In this document: in pieces, positions 24,450-31,625 of the stretch
How the letters are laid out: each line of letters opens with the position of its first letter
Numbering within the stretch: position 1 is the first letter of the stretch
Assembly (NCBI RefSeq): GCF_000009045.1
Contig: NC_000964.3
Span: 2,160,001-2,192,000 of the forward strand
Direction of reading: 5' to 3'
Source of the DNA: Bacillus subtilis subsp. subtilis str. 168
GTDB lineage: Bacteria > Bacillota > Bacilli > Bacillales > Bacillaceae
Length of the DNA: 32,000 nt
Position numbers and translations under genes: made by a program
Notes under the pieces: model-generated
Databases searched by the model: none
Told to the model about the DNA's origin: nothing
The model's input: the letters and a program-made list of their open reading frames with translations, nothing else

Positions 24450-25421
24450 TTATTCTGCTAGAAGGTCTTTTAGATCATCTAGAATTACAGACATGACACC
24501 TACTTGCTTACGGCTGCACTCAGTAACTTTTACACCCTTACCTAAATGTTTCTCTGTAATCTCATTAACTTCTTCTAAACGGCCTTCTTCATTAAGCTTC
24601 ATGCCAATTTCTTTAATTTGATCCATTAATGAGTTGAAATCAAGTTCTTCTGAAGCGTTGTTTTGTTTTTGCTCTTCGTATGTAACAGCAACAATTCCTT
24701 CTGCTTGCTCCTGTCTTTCGACTGCCTCAATAATTGCTTTTTCTAAGTTTTCTGCAGTAAATTCAGGAAGATACGTGTCAATGTAATCAAATCGGCTACG
24801 AGCAAAATGCTCTTCAGTTTCAGCTAACCAAGCACTTGATTTGATTACTTTTCTATCTTCATCAACACCATTAGAACTTAGATAGAGAACAATATCGCTG
24901 TTATCAATTACTGGAGCTAAAACTCGTTTATCCCCCTTCGGATATACTTTGCCTTTTTTGTCTTCAGCAGCATGAGCAATAAAGATAACCGTAAATCCTA
25001 CGCCAATTAATTTATTGATTTCTTCCCATACTTCAGTTTCATACTCTTTCCAAAGGCCAAACCCATCATTACCATCTTTAATCCGTTCTACATCATATTG
25101 CTCGCAGACATATCTAGTCGCATATTTAGCAAAAGCGTCTACTTCATCAACAATGATTGTTTGATACATCTCTTTGGCCTTTTCAGCATTTTTGGTTAAC
25201 TGCTTGTTTACCTTTTTAAAATCAGCCCAACTATTGATAGGCATGAATTGGACACCGGCAATAGCATTTAATCCTTTTTCGAATGGCAGATATAACGGTT
25301 TCTTCATCCGAGTGCTTTGCTTAGTTTTACCTAAGTTGTTAGAACCGTAGATTGTGATAACTTTTCCTTCTAATCCTTTTGCTACTACAGAAACTTGTGG
25401 GTTGAAAATATCGATTGCCAT
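24450..25421 (-). CDS. yorG: P-loop ATPase of the phage Sak4/AAA_24-like (RecA-fold) type
   Basis: Walker A is ITIYGSNNLGKT and Walker B is IIVDEVDAF. The C-terminus is acidic. AAAGGAGAA lies 5 nt before the ATG. Confidence 0.75.
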   Translation of the reverse strand: MAIDIFNPQVSVVAKGLEGKVITIYGSNNLGKTKQSTRMKKPLYLPFEKGLNAIAGVQFMPINSWADFKKVNKQLTKNAEKAKEMYQTIIVDEVDAFAKYATRYVCEQYDVERIKDGNDGFGLWKEYETEVWEEINKLIGVGFTVIFIAHAAEDKKGKVYPKGDKRVLAPVIDNSDIVLYLSSNGVDEDRKVIKSSAWLAETEEHFARSRFDYIDTYLPEFTAENLEKAIIEAVERQEQAEGIVAVTYEEQKQNNASEELDFNSLMDQIKEIGMKLNEEGRLEEVNEITEKHLGKGVKVTECSRKQVGVMSVILDDLKDLLAE

Positions 25422-25450
25422 TTCAGTTCTCCTTTTATTTTGAATTTGTT

Positions 25451-25468
25451 AGGTGAGTCGGAGCTCAC
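25451..25468 (-). other. Short GC-rich intercistronic hairpin between yorF and yorG
   Basis: GGTGAG pairs with CTCACC (6 bp plus one wobble). No U-tract follows on either strand. Confidence 0.3.
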
Positions 25469-25503
25469 CCCAGTTATGTATTAGATTAATGATCTATTTT
25501 ATT

Positions 25504-26430
25504 TTAGAAAGGGAGATCATCATCTGAAATTTCAACCGGCTTTGAAGGCTTGTTATTAGGAGCACTTCCACCAAACCCAGACTTTTTATTGTTTTCTTTA
25601 TTTCCTTCTTTCTTAAGCTCGTCTAGATAAATCTCTCTTTCAGTCAACGCTTTTTTAATTGCATCTGCATTAAAAGCATTCTTACTATCCTCATCATAAG
25701 GATCATTACCACCTGTAATTAGATACTCTCTTCTTGTAATTGAAGTAATTTCTTTCTTATCTTCTCCAAATGCCGCTACTTTGGTTGTTACTTTTTGTTC
25801 TTTATAATTAATGATCTTCCCAAAAACGTTAACGGTAGTTCCCTTTTCATAATTATTTTCAACATATTGTGAGCCTTCTTTTGTGACTACAAATGTAAAA
25901 GGAATTACTTTTCCGTTGTACACAGGAATATAGCCATTTAAATTAACTCTACCTGTTTCTTCCCCTTTTACTTTTTCTTCGGTTACGTTCTTTACAAACA
26001 CCTCAACATCAAATTCTGCTCTGGGATTGAATTCTTCATTAGCATCCAGTCTGTTCACAAAGTTAGCCATTAATTGTGGATATGATTTAAAAATCCCGTG
26101 TGAATAATACTCATTTAAGCTAATTTTACCTTGAGTAATTCTTACTTTGTCAGCTTCATCTCTACCGTGTTTTGCGATTGACTTATACTCGCTTACAATA
26201 GTCTGGTACCCCTTTGCAACTGCATTATCAGTACCATCATCTTTCTTATACTTGGAAAAGCCTTTAACTGTATGTACTTCGTTAGGTGCAACCTCAATGT
26301 CTAATTCAATATTTAGTCCATTTCCATTTTTCCATTCAGTGTGTCGTACTTCAGCTAAAGTTCCTTCAATTGTTACAACGTTTGATGCTTCACGTAATAC
26401 CGTTTTGTTTTCTGTCATATTTTTAATCAT
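25504..26430 (-). CDS. yorF: Divergent single-stranded-DNA-binding-like protein with a canonical SSB C-terminal tip
   Basis: 308 codons ending in ...[22 protein letters not shown]. The start is ambiguous: the ATG at 26430 abuts AGAGG, and the ATG at 26418 lies 11 nt downstream of it. Confidence 0.7.
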
Positions 26431-26439
26431 CCTCTATTT

Positions 26440-26811
26440 TTATTTTTGTTTATTGTGATTTTTCTTTGAATATGTAATTTTTCTAAACTTGCAGTCTTTG
26501 ATTCCAAGTTCTTTACTAAGTTCTATGTACCTTCTTTTTGGGAACTTCCAATCATTTTGGTCAGAAAAGCATCCTGATTTATTTACAATTTCAAATACCT
26601 GCTTTTTTCTGTTAACTTTGATTATCATATTTCCGTAAGCGTACTCTGTGCAAAATAAACGTTTTTTCACTCGCTCAGGATGAGTTTCTTTGACAAGTAG
26701 GACATTCCTTATCATCTTTAACAGTGCCTGATCAGGAGTAATGGTCTTGTTGTCTTTAACGTTTTCTCTGTAATAGTTTAACGCTTTCTCTGTTATCCCA
26801 AGTACCTCCAA
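26440..26811 (-). CDS. yorE: Basic protein of unknown function; first gene after the repeated promoter element
   Basis: 123 codons, with a TTG start 8 nt after AAGGAGG. Confidence 0.72.
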   Translation of the reverse strand: MEVLGITEKALNYYRENVKDNKTITPDQALLKMIRNVLLVKETHPERVKKRLFCTEYAYGNMIIKVNRKKQVFEIVNKSGCFSDQNDWKFPKRRYIELSKELGIKDCKFRKITYSKKNHNKQK

Positions 26812-26843
26812 GTAATTCGCCTCCTTCCCTTTAACTCGATTTT

Positions 26844-26872
26844 ATTATATACATATTTTTTATCTTTGTCTA
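26844..26872 (-). promoter_or_regulatory. Sigma-A-type promoter within a conserved repeated element (copy B), upstream of yorE
   Basis: Minus strand reads TAGACA, then a 17-nt spacer, then TATAAT. The block is GTAGACAAAGATAAAAAATATGTATATAATAAAA. It lies in a 174-nt AT-rich intergenic region. Confidence 0.65.
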
Positions 26873-26956
26873 CATGTTTTATAAACTTTTATATTTTTTA
26901 TTTTTGTATTTCATTTGCGCTCTTTTTAATTCGAATAAAATTATCATTTTATTTAA

Positions 26957-26981
26957 ATTTAAAAGCCCCAATAAGGGACTC
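26957..26981 (-). terminator. Small rho-independent terminator downstream of yorD
   Basis: The minus-strand RNA folds as AGUCCC-UUAUU-GGGGCU (6 bp including one G-U pair), followed by UUUUAAAUUU. Confidence 0.45.
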
Positions 26982-26984
26982 TTG

Positions 26985-27299
26985 TTAGTTTGTTCCTTCA
27001 ACCTTACTCGTTAAGTAAGCTACTTGTTTTTCTAAATCAGCAACTCTTTCTTCGAGAGTTTTTGGCTTAGGTGCATTTTTCTTCTCTTCAAGCTCAATTG
27101 CTGCTTTTTCAATTTCCTCTAATGTAGGAATAGGTTCACTTTTTCTCCAGGCAGTAAAGATATGTCTTCCGTTGTCATTTACAAATTCCCAATCATAAGA
27201 TTCGTCTGAACGAGGGAACATATACATTAAAACTTCCGGAAGAATTGATCCATGGATATTCCAAATTTCTGATACGTCTTGTCCAACTTTAAACTCCAC
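26985..27299 (-). CDS. yorD: XkdW-like phage protein (function unknown)
   Basis: GTG start lies 8 nt after GAGGAG. ...FVNDNGRHIFTAWRKSEPIPTLEEIEKAAIELEEKK... resembles PBSX XkdW as I recall it. Confidence 0.7.
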   Translation of the reverse strand: MEFKVGQDVSEIWNIHGSILPEVLMYMFPRSDESYDWEFVNDNGRHIFTAWRKSEPIPTLEEIEKAAIELEEKKNAPKPKTLEERVADLEKQVAYLTSKVEGTN

Positions 27300-27332
27300 A
27301 AAAACATCTCCTCAATTATCAATTTCTTCTAT

Positions 27333-27379
27333 ATTCTATCATATTTTCATTATATAGGTAAAGAGTTTGCTATTTTCAA
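27333..27379 (-). promoter_or_regulatory. Candidate sigma-A promoter(s) for yorD
   Basis: Two overlapping minus-strand candidates: TTTACC, 18 nt, TAGAAT (27362..27333) and TTGAAA, 17 nt, TATATA (27379..27351). Confidence 0.35.
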
Positions 27380-27756
27380 ACAAGCTCACTCCACAACCAC
27401 ATATCCATTGTTTGCAATGAAAAGCCATCAGGCAGCTGCTTCATTTTCACATTTACATTGTATCTTCTGCCTGTTGTTTTATGTACAATAGCCAGTTCTT
27501 CTCCATTAAAGAATCGCACAATGGCCTCATCAAATGCAATTGGCTGATTAACCACATAACCTTCCTTTAAAGCTCTAATAAACAAATAGGGATCATTTTT
27601 ATACAGCTCATAAAGAATGTTCGCATATTGCTCGTTCTTGTCTCTAAGTAGTTCAAAATTAATCAACGGTATGTATAAGTCTTTGTCTGATAAATTTAAT
27701 TTGTTTCTAAAGTATTTAATTGCTTCATCTTGCTCTTTAGAAATGATGTTTGACAT
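27376..27756 (-). CDS. yorC: Protein of unknown function
   Basis: 126 codons, with AAAGGGG 8 nt before the ATG. Confidence 0.72.
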   Translation of the reverse strand: MSNIISKEQDEAIKYFRNKLNLSDKDLYIPLINFELLRDKNEQYANILYELYKNDPYLFIRALKEGYVVNQPIAFDEAIVRFFNGEELAIVHKTTGRRYNVNVKMKQLPDGFSLQTMDMWLWSELV

Positions 27757-27787
27757 TCAGTTAACCCCTTTATTCGTATGATAACTA

Positions 27788-27808
27788 GGCTAATCTTAGA
27801 GACTAGCC
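27788..27808 (-). other. Intercistronic stem-loop between yorB and yorC
   Basis: GGCTAATCT, loop TAG, AGACTAGCC: 9 bp with one mismatch. No U-tract follows. Confidence 0.3.
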
Positions 27809-27818
27809 CAGCATTGCC

Positions 27819-28115
27819 TTATAAATATTCTACTAGACCATCGTCTTTAGCCCCTTCTGCTATTAGACTATAGGCAGCCAGAAGATACTCTTTGATTTTC
27901 TCTTTAGTTTCTTCCCCGAATGCATCAAAACCAATTTTAACATCGCTTGAGTAATTAATTTTCCTATTCCCTACTTGAACTACATTTTCCTTTTTAATTT
28001 GAGCAATAAAATAAGCATTTGCTAGGTTCTTTCCTAAATACTCCTCTGTTAATGGATCATAATCATCGAAAACCTCATACCGTATTTCTCCGATTCTAAG
28101 CTTCTGCTCACTCAT
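27819..28115 (-). CDS. yorB: Protein of unknown function
   Basis: 98 codons, with AGGGGATGAGAG just before the ATG. Confidence 0.72.
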   Translation of the reverse strand: MSEQKLRIGEIRYEVFDDYDPLTEEYLGKNLANAYFIAQIKKENVVQVGNRKINYSSDVKIGFDAFGEETKEKIKEYLLAAYSLIAEGAKDDGLVEYL

Positions 28116-28138
28116 ACTCTCATCCCCTGTTTTGAAAT

Positions 28139-28167
28139 TTTTGGTACTACTAAATTATATACCAAAA
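28139..28167. promoter_or_regulatory. Inverted repeat TTTTGGTA-N13-TACCAAAA overlapping a TATAAT box upstream of yorB (candidate operator and promoter)
   Basis: The 8-bp arms are perfect (28139..28146 and 28160..28167). The minus-strand TATAAT (28154..28159) lies in the spacer, and a TTGTTC -35-like hexamer lies 18 nt upstream of it. Confidence 0.4.
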
Positions 28168-28203
28168 CCCATAAAGGGAACAAGTGTTCTCGTTAAGAAT
28201 TTT

Positions 28204-29964
28204 TTATTTATAATCGATTACTGTATCATCTAAGGCTAATCTAGGTGTGCCGCTGTCGTATGTATTATGTATTAAAGTTGTACTGGAAGCATTAAACGTT
28301 GCAAATGGATGCGAAAGCACTCTTGCACCAATACCTTGAACATCATTCCTTATTAATCGAACCTTTTTTGTCCCGTTTAAATATATTCCATAGCCTTGAT
28401 CTGAATCTCTGTTAAACATAATTTCATTTCCTCTAACCATATGCTCAGAACCGCCTATTAAGTGGATCGCAATGATTGCTTTGCAATTATAGATCTGGTT
28501 ATCACTTATTCTGATATTGTACATATCAGCTGCCCCCATAATTGCAACATTTCTTGGTTCAAATATCTCATTCCTTGTTAGGAAGACTTCTGAATCTTTA
28601 TCCCAATATATCCCGTAACCTTTTCCACTCAATAAGAAATCGTTTAGCTTAATTCTGACTGCCTGAGATCTCTCACAATATAGACCTCCGTAAAGATTGG
28701 AGAACGTATTATTTAAGAATTTAACGTCATTCGAATCCATCACTTTAATTGCATATGCTGAAGTTGTACCTTTCCCTTTATTATTGCTTACTTTAATATC
28801 TGATGAATTTCTCACCTGGATCTGAATACAATCGCTGTCCTGTATTCTGTTGTTTGAAATGGAAACATCTTCGGCCATATGTGTTGCTATTGCACAATTT
28901 GAAGCGTTCTTTACGGTATTATTATCAATCGATACCCCTTTCCCTCTAATCATCATGCCTATTTTAAACCCTTGAATATTGTTATCAGTTATTTGAATTC
29001 TGTTGCCAGTCTCAGTGCTCGAAACACCTACAGAGTCTATTCCGTACTCTTTAGACCCCCCTTCATTTATTATCTTGTTACCCTTAATACTCACATCTGT
29101 ACTGTAGCCATATGAAATAACATTGTCACAGTAGTTATCTTTGATGGAAACTTTACCGCTTGTATGAGCAGTAACCGAACCACGACCATTTTTTCTAAAC
29201 CTGCAATCCGATATCGTTAACTCATAAGGATGATCATACTTTCTTCCGTTTTCTCCGTAGCCCTCTAAATCAATACCTAGTTGAGGGCCAATTGTATCTC
29301 CTCCAGCTTCCTCTATATCACAGTCTTCAACCAATAATCCTTCACAACCGTTAGTAGCTAAATTGTTCCGTCTCCCTCTTTTTAGTTCGCATTTTCTTAC
29401 GGTAACACTTTTGGAAGGCGTATAAACCATCCCTGGGTAATTCATCATTCCGTGAGCTGCAATCCAAATGTTGTCTCCAATACAATCTGAGATTTGTACA
29501 TTTTCAATCAAAACATTTTTGCTTCCATGAACATGTATTCCAAATCCCCATTCATGTGTTTTTCTATCGGTATCAATTAGAGAATAATCATGTTGATACC
29601 GGTCACCTATAATACGACCTCCTCTAATTATTACGTTCTCTGCAAGCCCAATATAAAAACAAGAATAGCCCTGATACCCATTAGGGTTAACTTGAAACAC
29701 TGCTTCTGGATCCAAAAGGAGCTCCATATTTGATGGGATTTTAATTCCCCCACCAATTTCAGGATTTCGTTGATTTAATGTATTTACTGAATCAATAATA
29801 AAATTCCCTTTTGGAACTTCAACAATAGGAAAGTTGTTCTCTGATGCATATATAAGAGCTTCATTAAATCCTTTAGTTGTTTCAATTGGATTCGAGTTAA
29901 ATGCATTTATTCCCCACTGATCAAAGTCAACATAGTATCGTATGGATTTATTCAACAATGTCAT
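28204..29964 (-). CDS. yorA: Right-handed parallel beta-helix (pectate-lyase-fold) protein; putative polysaccharide or capsule depolymerase or tailspike-like protein
   Basis: About 586 aa with periodic beta-helix repeats (...NVLIENVQISDCIGDNIWI..., ...LLVEDCDIEE..., ...SISNNRIQDSD..., ...ISDNQIYNC...). The ATG at 29964 overlaps the yoqZ stop (ATGA), so the ORF-track start at 29985 is unlikely. Confidence 0.8.
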   Translation of the reverse strand: MTLLNKSIRYYVDFDQWGINAFNSNPIETTKGFNEALIYASENNFPIVEVPKGNFIIDSVNTLNQRNPEIGGGIKIPSNMELLLDPEAVFQVNPNGYQGYSCFYIGLAENVIIRGGRIIGDRYQHDYSLIDTDRKTHEWGFGIHVHGSKNVLIENVQISDCIGDNIWIAAHGMMNYPGMVYTPSKSVTVRKCELKRGRRNNLATNGCEGLLVEDCDIEEAGGDTIGPQLGIDLEGYGENGRKYDHPYELTISDCRFRKNGRGSVTAHTSGKVSIKDNYCDNVISYGYSTDVSIKGNKIINEGGSKEYGIDSVGVSSTETGNRIQITDNNIQGFKIGMMIRGKGVSIDNNTVKNASNCAIATHMAEDVSISNNRIQDSDCIQIQVRNSSDIKVSNNKGKGTTSAYAIKVMDSNDVKFLNNTFSNLYGGLYCERSQAVRIKLNDFLLSGKGYGIYWDKDSEVFLTRNEIFEPRNVAIMGAADMYNIRISDNQIYNCKAIIAIHLIGGSEHMVRGNEIMFNRDSDQGYGIYLNGTKKVRLIRNDVQGIGARVLSHPFATFNASSTTLIHNTYDSGTPRLALDDTVIDYK

Positions 29965-30785
29965 GGTGCTACACCAGCCATACAATACACATTTTCATTA
30001 ATGAATTTAGTTAGAACAGCAATATAGTCATAAAAAACTTGATTCTGCGTTCCATTGCGTCCAGCCAGTGTAAAAGTATTAAACATTTCTCTTCGTTGTT
30101 CAGTGCTTATTTCAAGTTGAATACTCATACCAGTGCTATTTTTATTAGCAATGTTCTGCTCATTTGTGCCTGCTAAACGGGAATCTTCAGACAGTAATTC
30201 TGCAGAAAAGCCTGCATCGGTAAGTAATGATGTGATCTTTGCTGCTTTTTCTCTGTCTGTCCCACCAACTAAAGTGTGTTTCTTACTTGATGCATACCCA
30301 TGAATTGAGATTGTTAAATCATGCTTACTCAATAAATCTAAAGCTTGAGGTTCATCGAAATTCGTACTTGTAATATGCAACTCAGAAGCTCCTGGTATCC
30401 TTAAACCTTCAAATAGATAGGCAGAGTAAGACTTACTTAATTCTCTTGCAAGCTCACTAGTCCCTCCTTCAATACCTCCACCATGGGGTGCCAGAATAAG
30501 CACTCTCCTGTCAACATCGGTAGTTAGAATGTTATAGCTCAAAGGTGACTCATTTTCTTTCAACTCTTCAAAATTACTATACTTATCTGCAGCTAGAACT
30601 GAATTGGGATTAAACAATGCAAACAATGAAGTAACTAGGATTGGAAAAGACTTCTTGTCTGTGATATACTTATATAGCTTCGTAACCTTGCGAAGTGTGC
30701 GGTAGAGAAGGACTGGCCCGCCAAAGCTTGCCTTCTCTGCCCCCTTAACTCTTTTTTCTACTATTCTGTTTTTAAACTTTAACAA
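29961..30785 (-). CDS. yoqZ: Secreted poly-gamma-glutamate hydrolase (PghP family)
   Basis: A signal-peptide-like segment FPILVTSLFALFNPNSVLAADK is followed by ILAPHGGGIEGGTSELA and SIHGY, which are characteristic of phage PghP-type zinc peptidases. TTG start lies 7 nt after AAGGAGAG. Confidence 0.82.
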   Translation of the reverse strand: MLKFKNRIVEKRVKGAEKASFGGPVLLYRTLRKVTKLYKYITDKKSFPILVTSLFALFNPNSVLAADKYSNFEELKENESPLSYNILTTDVDRRVLILAPHGGGIEGGTSELARELSKSYSAYLFEGLRIPGASELHITSTNFDEPQALDLLSKHDLTISIHGYASSKKHTLVGGTDREKAAKITSLLTDAGFSAELLSEDSRLAGTNEQNIANKNSTGMSIQLEISTEQRREMFNTFTLAGRNGTQNQVFYDYIAVLTKFINENVYCMAGVAP

Positions 30786-30883
30786 TCAACAACTCTCCTT
30801 AAATAGGTTTATTTTTATTTTTTACTTTCATCTTATAAGCAATCACATTAGTACCACCCCCTTCTCCGAATAAAAAATTACTT

Positions 30884-31279
30884 TTATGCAGACTCAATAC
30901 TGATGCCAGTATCTTTTAACAATTCAATTTGTTCCGATGGAATATCCGATTTCACCATACTCCACCCGACTAAGGTCATTCCGTAATAAAGATCGGTTAG
31001 TTCAACTTCATCATTCAACTCACCTTTTAATCGAATCATTCGATCTTTATATTTTTCATGACCAACAATATCAAAGCTCTGATTATAAATTGCATATGTT
31101 TTACCGTTTGCTTCGTTGTCTTGATATGGGGTATAGACTGCCCTGCCGTCAGACAAGCTCGGATCAGTTTTCAACCATTCATATACCTCTTCATCAGATT
31201 GAGCAAGCAAATATGTAAAGATACCCCGCTCACTTCCCTTGGGTGCAAAGTGCTCTAACATAATTTCATATAAGTTCAT
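30884..31279 (-). CDS. yoqY: Protein of unknown function
   Basis: 131 codons, with GGGAGG 8 nt before the ATG. Confidence 0.72.
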   Translation of the reverse strand: MNLYEIMLEHFAPKGSERGIFTYLLAQSDEEVYEWLKTDPSLSDGRAVYTPYQDNEANGKTYAIYNQSFDIVGHEKYKDRMIRLKGELNDEVELTDLYYGMTLVGWSMVKSDIPSEQIELLKDTGISIESA

Positions 31280-31333
31280 TTCAATTACCTCCCTGGATTC
31301 TGGTTAAAATATCGTTTTTATCTAGATTTCTGT

Positions 31334-31555
31334 TTACTTATTTCTTCTAATTTTATTTTTATCCAACAAATCAATAATGTAAGTTTCAAACATGTCATCC
31401 CAATAAGGATCTGTTCTCGCTATGTATTTCTTTGTTCTTCCGTTCTCCTCAATCTTAAAGGTTTGCCCCTTTTGAATATCGGTGAACTTTTTCTTTCTCC
31501 ATATTCCCCTAATCAACACATCAACTTCTTTAACCTCAACTGTTTGCTGCGGCAT
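31334..31555 (-). CDS. yoqX: Small basic protein of unknown function
   Basis: ATG at 31555 lies 6 nt after AAAGGAGG and gives [13 protein letters not shown]... The longer ORF-track start at 31597 lacks an SD and would overlap the yoqW promoter. Confidence 0.68.
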
Positions 31556-31569
31556 CACATTCCTCCTTT

Positions 31570-31598
31570 TTGATTTTCGTGTATCAAGCCTGTACAAT
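31570..31598 (+). promoter_or_regulatory. Sigma-A-type promoter for yoqW
   Basis: TTGATT (31570..31575), a 17-nt spacer, then TACAAT (31593..31598), ending 27 nt before the yoqW ATG. Confidence 0.55.
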
Positions 31599-31625
31599 AT
31601 TCAAAAACCCTAAAGGATGATGAAC

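Noticed and set aside
26873-26960. A very AT-rich stretch upstream of the yorE promoter, considered as a phage replication origin or DNA-unwinding element.
   Set aside because: I could find no iterons, DnaA boxes or ordered direct repeats. AT-richness alone is expected for a promoter-upstream (UP-element-like) region in this genome.
30786-30883. A mini-ORF (MKVKNKNKPI) upstream of yoqZ that overlaps its SD, considered as a leader peptide.
   Set aside because: It has no SD of its own and no alternative RNA structures that would suggest attenuation. It is too short and too AT-driven to support.
3935-31258. Many plus-strand ORFs of 60-112 aa in the ORF track lie nested inside minus-strand genes. 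Examples: 3935..4198, 8524..8817, 9063..9371, 11161..11349, 11489..11767, 12218..12412, 13046..13261, 13478..13729, 13787..14077, 13950..14153, 14522..14710, 16425..16649, 17214..17420, 17454..17687, 19129..19638 group, 20460..20720, 21985..22582 group, 22569..23106 group, 26147..26458, 27279..27491, 30937..31258 group.
   Set aside because: All are antisense shadows of well-supported minus-strand genes. They have Leu/Ser/Phe/Ile-rich low-complexity products, no Shine-Dalgarno sequences and no promoters, and they are typical of AT-rich coding DNA read on the opposite strand.
5614-31597. Longer N-terminal extensions given by the ORF track for several genes: bnrdE 5671, yosL 6382, yosQ 1092, yorZ 10263, yorW 11142, yorV 11423, mtbP 12735, yorP 14340, yorA 29985 and yoqX 31597.
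   Set aside because: In each case a downstream start has a properly spaced Shine-Dalgarno sequence and/or matches the conserved N-terminus of the family. The upstream start either overlaps the SD, lacks one, or overlaps the preceding gene extensively.
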